DNA of 64,000 bases from Promethearchaeota archaeon. GTDB lineage: Archaea; Asgardarchaeota; Lokiarchaeia; Sigyniarchaeales; SOKP01. This document shows, one piece after another, positions 10,134 through 17,743 of this stretch; position 1 is the stretch's first letter, and each line of letters begins with the position of its first letter. The stretch is from NCBI GenBank assembly GCA_048937405.1, contig JBHLNF010000002.1, forward strand, positions 64,001-128,000, written 5' to 3'. The translations under genes were made by a program, and so were the position numbers. Below the pieces are notes generated by a model. It saw nothing but the letters and a program-made list of their open reading frames with translations, had not been told where the DNA came from and did not search any database.

Positions 10134-10481
10134 TTATAATATATTTTTAATTTTTCTAGCTAACTCTTGAGCATCCGCCTCTGAACTTTCAAGAATCTTG
10201 AACATCTCTTCAGGGGCAACTATTAAAGCCGCATCAATAAGCTTTTGAAAGCCTATTAGGGTATTTATACGCTCATTCTTCTGCAAATGAAAAATTACCA
10301 TCCCTAATTGATTTTTAAGTTTTCCCTTCTCTGAGTTCAATGCTATTCGTAAAAGTGCTGGACATACCTCCTCCAATGTCTCATGACTCACCTTCCGAGC
10401 ATACTCATAAATTTGGGTTCGCTGAATATCTGTGAGTTTTTCAACTTTTTCTTCTATTTTCGTAATACTTTCCATTTTCAT
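10134..10481 (-). CDS. Hypothetical helical protein
   Basis: 115-aa ORF with host-like codon usage and GAAGTGAG upstream; no family recognised. Confidence 0.65.
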   Translation of the reverse strand: MKMESITKIEEKVEKLTDIQRTQIYEYARKVSHETLEEVCPALLRIALNSEKGKLKNQLGMVIFHLQKNERINTLIGFQKLIDAALIVAPEEMFKILESSEADAQELARKIKNIL

Positions 10482-11064
10482 TACTCACTTCCTACTTTTT
10501 TGATTTTAATTTTTTCTTTTTTTATATTTTTTTGCTATTTCTATAATTATCACTCTTATATTTAAATGTTTTCCGTCAGAATTCCTCTCAAAAAGTACGG
10601 AAAAAGTCATAATCAAAATTATAATATTTTTTATTGCAACAAAATGACGAAAAAATTATTTTTGATTTTAATCAATTTTTTTTGACAAAACAGTACTATT
10701 ATTCTTTTTAATCTAGACCTGAAGAAATAAAATCGGAATGTATTTAACCGAAAAATGCATACTTTGATATAGATAGTAACTTCTCAGTCATATGACGACC
10801 AAAAAATGATCAACAACAAACACTCTTCTTTTACCCATCGATAGAATCGATCACAATTGCCGTTTTCCATAACTAAAAACCGTTATTATATCGAATTATA
10901 AATGATTAAAATTGATAAAACTAATTATTATATTCATTAATTCTGGAGGAATTATATAAAAGATTGATCGTTATATCGCAACATTATGATCGGAAAGCGT
11001 CAATTTTATATACTGTTTTTTATTTTCATAAATTGTAGAACAAAAAAGTGAACGAGGAATTAAA

Positions 11065-11334
11065 ATGAATTTTGATGAGAAGGAAGAAAAGTTGGATAGA
11101 GTAATGGAGAGATATAAAAATATTCGGGAAGCTTTAGCAGGGTTAAGCGATATAATCACGATAAAATTTAATGAAAAAGACTTCTATTATGCCGCTGCAG
11201 TTGATAATTTAAAAGCGTTGCATGATAATATAGTAGAAGTCTTAAAATCTTCTTTTACACCTCGTGAGATTCGGATTCGATTAAGGGAATTGGAGTTTGA
11301 TGAGCAAGAAGCCGAGAAAGTGTTTCCATTATAA
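11065..11334 (+). CDS. Hypothetical 89-aa protein whose 3' end is duplicated downstream
   Basis: GAGG SD, host-like composition, helical; 3' 93 bp are repeated at 14342-14434. Confidence 0.7.
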   Translation: MNFDEKEEKLDRVMERYKNIREALAGLSDIITIKFNEKDFYYAAAVDNLKALHDNIVEVLKSSFTPREIRIRLRELEFDEQEAEKVFPL

Positions 11335-11335
11335 A
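11243..11335 (+). repeat. 93-bp direct repeat, copy 1 (3' end of 11065-11334)
   Basis: taaaatcttcttttac...gagattcggattcgattaag...gagcaagaagccgagaaa...ttataaa; 85/93 identical to copy 2 by manual alignment. Confidence 0.9.
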
Positions 11336-11591
11336 TATGAAAAATCTGTTTTTGTCATATTATTTTGATTTAAATTTTTAGAAGAAAAAAGCTATATTTT
11401 AGTTATAGTTACATTACTTTCATTATTCTACTGATTTAAAAAACTTATTATTTAATTTCACCAAATTTTGGAGTATAGAAATTTTAAGTAGATGACATAT
11501 TTGATCGTTTCTGATATTAGAATTAGTATTTTATAGTCTGTTATATTATAACAATGTTTTCTACAAAATGAATATGCTCTAAAATTGTTCT

Positions 11592-14249
11592 TCAATAATA
11601 TATAGGAAATAATACTACTTGAGGTAAAAAGAAGAATTGGAAAATTAATGAATATAAAGGTAAATTAGTTAGAAAAGTTAAGTATAAAATATACTGGAGT
11701 ACTATGGCTGGTAAAACACTATTCGCTTTAAAACTTAAATATGCAAATAAAGAACTTATAGTAAAAATGATTGGTACAATAATGCCAGCATACAAAAATA
11801 AAAGAATAACTAAATAACTAAATGGCATATAAGATGGATTTTCAAAAAAAATTAAAAATACCAATGTTATACTAGAAAAAAGGGAAAATAATAAACTATC
11901 AAATAATATTGCTTTTTTGGCATTATAGATCTCCAAAAAAATTGTTAAAATAATACCATGAAAAAATATTTCTTGCCAAAATATATTGGAGAATATTAAA
12001 CCTACATTAAAAATCTCATAGTAATCTATGAAAATAAATGGTATTTGGATACGCAGAGCAAGAAATAATGAATATATTATTGAAAATACAAAAAATGGAA
12101 CTAGAAGAATCCAAAAAAAATATTTTAACCGTGTTTTAGGCCAACCAATTTTAAAACCCGCTAAGTATTGAGGGATTGGGTGAACTTCAGTTTGTAATTT
12201 AACGATTTTAGTAATTATAATAATAAATACTACAATAGAACTTAAATTATAAATTGATAATATTAAAAATATTAACCACCAATCAATATAATAAAAATAA
12301 TAATAATAAGGCAAAAATGATTGAATTAAAAATCTTAATAAGTAGATGGTCCCAAAATACAATGCTATTAATATAAGAAGGGTTTTCCCTGGATTATTTG
12401 AAAAATATGTAATTTTAACTTCTTTTATAAATTCAGGTTTAAAGTTAGGGAGAGTTTTTAATTTTGGAATATGAGGAAAAATTGTGTTTAATAGAAGGAT
12501 GATAAAGAAAAGCCCTATAATCGAACCTGATAAAAAATAATAAATTAAATTAAGAAATTCTTCATAAACAAAAGACACAATAAAGCAAAATATTATTCCA
12601 AATGATACAAGATATTGTATTCCTATAATTAACCCCCATTTTTGATAACGACTTTCTGGATTAACCTCTTCAATAACATAATAACTTCTAAATTTACTGA
12701 AAAATAGAATTCTAAGATTAAATGTCAGAAGAATAAAAAACCAACTTAATGGGAGGCAAGTTATTACTGTCAACAGTAGACCTAAGAATTTGTCTGAAGA
12801 AATAAATAGTAAAACTGGACAAAAAACAGCAAGAGTTTGAAGAAAAATTAATAAAATTATCTTCGCTTTAGCTCGTTGGCGATAATTGATAGGTAATGAA
12901 GCAAGAATAGATTCTCCAGAAGTTTCTATGTTTATTATGCCATTTACTATCATTATTGAGATAACTGGGAAAATTATTAACAGGCATATAAAATTTGAAA
13001 AGTAATCTCTCTCTATCAGGAATTCTTCTTCGATACTAGTAATATTAAAAAAGAATATAAAAAGACATGAAAAAACTATTGGCGTTATCATAGCAGAAAA
13101 CGATTTAAGATCTCTCAAAGCAATGGATAAATCTTTTCGTAGATAAGCTATAGTTGGCGATCGTGTTTTAATTTTGACTTGGGGTTCTTCTGTGAACGTA
13201 TCAGCTTTAATCCCTCTCTTAATTTCTTTAAATTTAGAATAAGTAGTCCTTTCAAGAGATTTTGATGCTTGTAAATGAATCAAGCAAGTTAAACAAATAA
13301 ATATTATTAATCCAATAAACATATTTATACAGAAAACCATAGGCATTTGTTTATTCATAATAAAAAATGAGATCAAGCAACTTGGATTAATTGGATATGG
13401 TATCATACTAATAACTGTAATTAGTTTTGAAATGTCATTAATTTCAATAATTATATTGACAAAATTATCAAGTGAAAATAATAACCACTGTATCATATAA
13501 ATTCCTCCAAGAATTATTATCACATGACTCAGATTATGAATAACTTGAATAGTAAATCCTCCTTTAGAGCTAATCTCATTAAAATTTGAGATTCTATTAA
13601 GTCTTTCTCCAAATATAATAACGATATCGAAAGAAAATATAAGATTCAATATTGAAACTATGAGAGATACGAAAAAAACAAGGATACTTTCAGTAAAAAT
13701 GAATAATGTAATTGGTGATGCTAAGATTATAACTACTATTGGAATATCAAAAGTTCGAAAAAGAGTTAAAAAAGATAATTTTCTTAACTTATCTCTTGGA
13801 ATGGGAAAAGTTTCAAACCATTTAAAATGTTTACCTGAAAATATTATACCAGATTCTAATAAACCCATTAAAAAAAAATTAAAAAATTGTAAGCCAAAGA
13901 ATAATGAAAAGATTATTCCACCAAGCAATATTATTTTATCTATAGAAACGTCAAAAATTAAAAGAGTTTCAATTGTCCTTATATAACTAAATATAGGTAC
14001 AAAAGGTAAAATGCCAAAAACTAATGCATAAATGATTTTATAGATTAATACTTTTATTTTGAGAATGTTTTGGTTTACTGAATATTTTTCCAGAATTGGT
14101 AATTGATATATTCCCTTAGATCGAAGCCATGATTCGAGATAGATTTCTCTATTAATATATTTTGCTAAAGAAAATAAATTAAGTTTACTGTTTGAGAGAA
14201 AATTCTTTTTTCTTTCACTTCTTTTTTTTAAAACGTCTATAAAGGGCAT
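11592..14249 (-). CDS. Large polytopic membrane protein: ABC-2-type permease-like N-terminal region plus degenerate CPBP/CAAX-protease-like C-terminal domain
   Basis: About 20 TM segments; PTIAYLRKDL..ALRD and LASLPI motifs typical of putative ABC exporter permeases; FWQEIFFHGIIL resembles the CPBP EExxxR motif with catalytic residues altered. Confidence 0.6.
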   Translation of the reverse strand: MPFIDVLKKRSERKKNFLSNSKLNLFSLAKYINREIYLESWLRSKGIYQLPILEKYSVNQNILKIKVLIYKIIYALVFGILPFVPIFSYIRTIETLLIFDVSIDKIILLGGIIFSLFFGLQFFNFFLMGLLESGIIFSGKHFKWFETFPIPRDKLRKLSFLTLFRTFDIPIVVIILASPITLFIFTESILVFFVSLIVSILNLIFSFDIVIIFGERLNRISNFNEISSKGGFTIQVIHNLSHVIIILGGIYMIQWLLFSLDNFVNIIIEINDISKLITVISMIPYPINPSCLISFFIMNKQMPMVFCINMFIGLIIFICLTCLIHLQASKSLERTTYSKFKEIKRGIKADTFTEEPQVKIKTRSPTIAYLRKDLSIALRDLKSFSAMITPIVFSCLFIFFFNITSIEEEFLIERDYFSNFICLLIIFPVISIMIVNGIINIETSGESILASLPINYRQRAKAKIILLIFLQTLAVFCPVLLFISSDKFLGLLLTVITCLPLSWFFILLTFNLRILFFSKFRSYYVIEEVNPESRYQKWGLIIGIQYLVSFGIIFCFIVSFVYEEFLNLIYYFLSGSIIGLFFIILLLNTIFPHIPKLKTLPNFKPEFIKEVKITYFSNNPGKTLLILIALYFGTIYLLRFLIQSFLPYYYYFYYIDWWLIFLILSIYNLSSIVVFIIIITKIVKLQTEVHPIPQYLAGFKIGWPKTRLKYFFWILLVPFFVFSIIYSLFLALRIQIPFIFIDYYEIFNVGLIFSNIFWQEIFFHGIILTIFLEIYNAKKAILFDSLLFSLFSSITLVFLIFFENPSYMPFSYLVILLFLYAGIIVPIIFTISSLFAYLSFKANSVLPAIVLQYILYLTFLTNLPLYSLIFQFFFLPQVVLFPIYY

Positions 14250-14341
14250 ATTGGATGTATTTTTAATGAAGTATAATTTGGACCTCTAAAATATGCTATA
14301 TACTATTCCTTTACTTAAAAAATTTCTAAAAAAAAATAAAA

Positions 14342-14434
14342 TAAAATCTTCTTTTACCCCTGGCGAGATTCGGATTCGATTAAGAAAATTGGAGTTTGAT
14401 GAGCAAGAAGCCGAGAAAATATTTCCTTTATAAA
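14342..14434 (+). repeat. 93-bp direct repeat, copy 2 (orphan gene 3' end encoding KSSFTPGEIRIRLRKLEFDEQEAEKIFPL*)
   Basis: Collinear with 11243-11335 at an offset of 3099 bp; has no start of its own. Confidence 0.9.
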
Positions 14435-14584
14435 AAATATAATTTTTAGCTTTAAATTAATTTTTAACTTTTATTTTTTAGATGAGAGTTATTATTTTAA
14501 ATAATTTAATTCCGTAAAATTTCTTTCAGGAGTTTTTCTGTAAATTCTTTAAATTTGTCTATTTTTTACTTTTAGAAAAAAAAT

Positions 14585-14755
14585 TCAGGATGAATTTAAA
14601 TCTACACATAGTTCGTTTGCGATGAGAAGCAAAGCTTTTTTAAGGGAGATAGCTCTATAACAGTTTTTATTTTTCTGTATAACCATGTTATAAAGCTCTT
14701 TTCTTGAAAGACCTGTATCTTTTATTAATTTTATGATAAAATCTTCAACGGTCAT
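14585..14755 (-). CDS. 56-aa protein resembling the DUF2240 / archaeal RPA N-terminal helical module (below the ORF-track cutoff)
   Basis: Manual translation: MTVEDFIIKLIKDTGLSRKELYNMVIQKNKNCYRAISLKKALLLIANELCVDLNSS*; pattern TGLSRxE...IS...AL..IAxEL.V. Confidence 0.55.
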   Translation of the reverse strand: MTVEDFIIKLIKDTGLSRKELYNMVIQKNKNCYRAISLKKALLLIANELCVDLNSS

Positions 14756-15002
14756 TATTATATAAATTTTATAATCTTAACTTTTTATGTCGTATGTCTC
14801 TGTAAATTTTTAAAAATTTTTCTTATGAACTTTCAATATAAAAGTACTTTTTATTTCTTTTTTTATCAATTTTCAATTTTAATTGATTCTTTTAGTCAAT
14901 AGTCAATTTTTTATTTTATATCTTTTTTTTTTAAATAATTCAAATATTTTTGTAAATTTTAAAAAAAATTGCGTCCATAACAAAATTGGGTGAATTTAAA
15001 GT

Positions 15003-16961
15003 ATGAACACACTGGAACATTTATTAAAACCAATTAAAATCAGGACTTTAGAGATTCCAAACCGTTTGGTAATGCCACCTATGGGAACAGGGCTTGGAAA
15101 TTCGGATGGCACGGTAAGTGATGCGAATATAGCCTACATGGCACGTAGGGCTAAGAGTAGAGCAGGACTCATCATTACCGAGATCACGGAGGTACATCCC
15201 TCGGGATCGGTGAGTCCCGTCTGCTTGGGCATATGGGATGACAAATTTATCCCTGGGCTGAGCAAGTTGGCTGCCGTGGTGCATGCAGAGGGGAGCAAGA
15301 TAGCTATGCAACTCCATCACTGTGGTCGTGAGAGCTATTTGAAGACAAAGAACCATACCGCAATTGGTCCGTCCGCTGTACCAAGTTATATTTATGGATT
15401 TTTGGGCAGTCCACGCGAGATGACCTTAGCAGAGATAAAGGAAACCATCGTTTCCTTCGGTACAGCAGCCAAACGCGCGGTAGTTGCTGGTTTTGATGCG
15501 GTCGAGCTCCATGGTGCGCATGGTTACCTTCTCATGCAATTTCTGTCAGCTCACTCCAATAAACGTACCGACGAGTATGGCGGGGACTTCAAGGCACGGG
15601 CCCGCTTCATGATCGAGTGCTTACAAGAGGTACGCAATCAGGTAGGCAGTGGCTTCCCCATCTCAATAAGGCTATCAGGCGAGGAATGCATCGTGGATGG
15701 ATACAAAATCAACGATATCAAGACTATCATCCCGGACTTGGTCAATGCGGGTGCGGACATTATTCACGTGTCATTTAGTACCCATGCAAATTTTAAAGTA
15801 AGTACTGATACCCCGAATGCGAGTGCCCCGGTGGAATATGAACAGGGATTCAAGGTGAATCTTGCTCGTCAGATCAAGGAAGTTACCAAGGTTCCGGTTA
15901 TTGCAGTCGGGCGTTTCACGGATCCTTATTTCATGGACAAAGTAATCGAGCGGGGGGATGCAGATTTCGTTGCTGTAGGGCGTCAGCATCTTGCAGATCC
16001 AGATTTTCTAAAGAATGCCCGAGAGGGGCATCCAGAAGACACTTTCGAGTGCCTAGCCTGCAATCAGGGGTGTATTGAACGAGAGATAATAGAAGTTAAA
16101 TCTATCCGCTGTGCTATCAACCCAGAAACTGGTCAAGAAACGATATATCCTCAAAAACGAGCTGACAAGAGTCGAACGGTATGGATTGTGGGCGGAGGCC
16201 CAGCTGGTCTTATGGCAGCATTTGAGACTGCTCGGTTAGGACACAAGGTCACCCTCTTCGAGCGGGAAAAGAATACCGGTGGGCAGATTCGATATGCCCA
16301 ACAAGCGCCTCATAAGGCGGTATATGGAAGGTGGATTAACACGCTCACCCGCAGATGCACAAAAAATAGAGCGATCATTAAAACTGGAACTGAAGTTACC
16401 GAAAAGATGATTGAACAGGGCAAGCCAGAAGTCGTTATTCTGGCTAGTGGTGCTGATAAAGCCGAATGTCCCGTAGAGGGGATCACGAATTCGATCGTGT
16501 GCGATGCATGGCAGATTTTAAATGGTGAAGTTAAACCTAAAAACCACGCTTTGGTCATCGGTGGCGGTCTAGTCGGCATGGAAACAGCAGACTTCCTTTG
16601 CGAGAAAGGGATTGAAGACGTAACATTGGTCGAGATTTTAACCAAACCGCCGGTGACTCCCATTTCTGCTCATGGTACAATGTTATACCGACGGTTGAAT
16701 GCTGCGGGAGCAAAACTCATGTTCAATACCCAAATCCAAAAGATCGAGGCAGCATCTGTTGTTATAAGTATTGACGGGAAAGAACACCGGCTTGAACCCA
16801 TCGACCAGGTAATAGTAGCAGTTGGGGTCACACCGAGGAACGACCTTAAAGAATTTCTCAAACAGAAGGGAATCCGCCATTTCATCGTCGGAGATGCGGA
16901 CAAACCCCGCCGTATTATTGAAGCGACCGAAGAAGGCGCAAAAGCGGCCTGGCAGATCTAA
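15003..16961 (+). CDS. NADH:flavin oxidoreductase (Old Yellow Enzyme barrel + 4Fe-4S + FAD/NAD domains; enoate/dienoyl-CoA reductase-like)
   Basis: NRLVMPPM, ELHGAHGYL..QF.S..SN.RTDEYGG, CLACNQGC..CAINP, GGGPAG and GGGLVG motifs; GC content far above the flanks. Confidence 0.92.
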   Translation: MNTLEHLLKPIKIRTLEIPNRLVMPPMGTGLGNSDGTVSDANIAYMARRAKSRAGLIITEITEVHPSGSVSPVCLGIWDDKFIPGLSKLAAVVHAEGSKIAMQLHHCGRESYLKTKNHTAIGPSAVPSYIYGFLGSPREMTLAEIKETIVSFGTAAKRAVVAGFDAVELHGAHGYLLMQFLSAHSNKRTDEYGGDFKARARFMIECLQEVRNQVGSGFPISIRLSGEECIVDGYKINDIKTIIPDLVNAGADIIHVSFSTHANFKVSTDTPNASAPVEYEQGFKVNLARQIKEVTKVPVIAVGRFTDPYFMDKVIERGDADFVAVGRQHLADPDFLKNAREGHPEDTFECLACNQGCIEREIIEVKSIRCAINPETGQETIYPQKRADKSRTVWIVGGGPAGLMAAFETARLGHKVTLFEREKNTGGQIRYAQQAPHKAVYGRWINTLTRRCTKNRAIIKTGTEVTEKMIEQGKPEVVILASGADKAECPVEGITNSIVCDAWQILNGEVKPKNHALVIGGGLVGMETADFLCEKGIEDVTLVEILTKPPVTPISAHGTMLYRRLNAAGAKLMFNTQIQKIEAASVVISIDGKEHRLEPIDQVIVAVGVTPRNDLKEFLKQKGIRHFIVGDADKPRRIIEATEEGAKAAWQI

Positions 16962-17065
16962 TCCGGAGACTAAGGTTGGACAGTAACCTTGATCTTCAGA
17001 AATAATTTATGTTGTCTCTTGAAATATTCCTTAATTTTTTAAAAATTAATATTGTGATTAAAATT

Positions 17066-17743
17066 CTAATTGTTAACTATACTCTTTCCTTTTTCCAAAC
17101 CCAAATGCAAAGCTTTAATATTTTTATCTGGATCTCTCAACCATTCTTTAATTACTTCCTCATAATGCTCAATTTCTATAAAAGGTATCTTTTCTGTAGC
17201 ATGTGCAAATCCTAACATTATTAAGTTAACTTGTTGGTTTGAATTGAACTCATCTAAAGATAACTTAGTAGCATTCATAAAATATACTTCATGTGAGTAT
17301 CCTTTTAAAATTTCTTCAATTTTTTCTAAAGAAGGATATTTTTCGAGATCCGCAGTTATCATTATACCAGGAATTGTTCTTGAATTGAGTACAAATGCTG
17401 TTTTGTTAGAAGCAAAAATTCCTCTTCTTAACGCTTCCACAGGTTCAAAGCAAATATATAAATCCGCATCTCCATAACATATCAATGGTGAATGGAGGTT
17501 TTTTCTCTCATCTTCAAAAACTTCTTTCTGATATCTTGTATGACTGGTAATCGCTCCTTCGCGCTGTGCGAGCCCATGCATGTTTTGAATAAGCTTGAAA
17601 CAAGCTTATTATTCACTTCCAAAGGCTCGCTTTATTCCTGCTTTTTGAGCTGCGAACTCAATTAATCTCTTTAAAGTAATAACTCCCTGCCCGGCAGTTC
17701 CAGCTATTACTATATTTATTATATCTGTTTCTTTAAATTTCAC
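17066..17743 (-). CDS. iorB: Indolepyruvate:ferredoxin oxidoreductase beta subunit, interrupted by a 30-nt insertion (exons 17743-17612 and 17581-17066; 215 aa if spliced)
   Basis: GTG start at 17743 overlaps the iorA stop, with a GAGGT SD. Exon 1 is MKFKETDIINIVIAGTAGQGVITL...AFGSE; exon 2 is MHGLAQREG..SH.R...GDADL..FEPVEALR...NLIMLG. Both are in the same frame, separated by TAA TAA. Confidence 0.85.
17582..17611 (-). other. Candidate BHB-type mRNA intron (30-nt hairpin insertion) in iorB
   Basis: mRNA UAAUAAGCUUGUUUCAAGCUUAUUCAAAAC contains a perfect 10-bp stem (AAUAAGCUUG/CAAGCUUAUU); removal restores GSE-MHG; flanking exons pair (GCGAGCCU/GGGCUCGC). Confidence 0.6.

Noticed and set aside
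10600-10970. Possible ncRNA, SECIS element or third copy of the 93-bp repeat (tcttcttttaccc at about 10824)
   Set aside because: Only a short low-complexity match, no convincing fold and no selenoprotein gene nearby.
15048-16903. Several antisense ORFs inside the flavin oxidoreductase and similar shadow ORFs elsewhere in the track
   Set aside because: They lie opposite well-supported genes, are expected from codon bias (especially in the GC-rich gene) and have no motifs.
17066-17581. The 171-aa ORF as a complete IorB starting at MHGLAQR
   Set aside because: It lacks the conserved N-terminal GxxGQG strand-loop, which is encoded in frame upstream with its own SD and GTG start.
17606-17611. 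Stop-codon readthrough or an alternative genetic code to explain the iorB interruption
   Set aside because: TAA is the main terminator throughout the window, there are two consecutive stops, and readthrough would insert 10 residues into the conserved GSE-x-HG motif.
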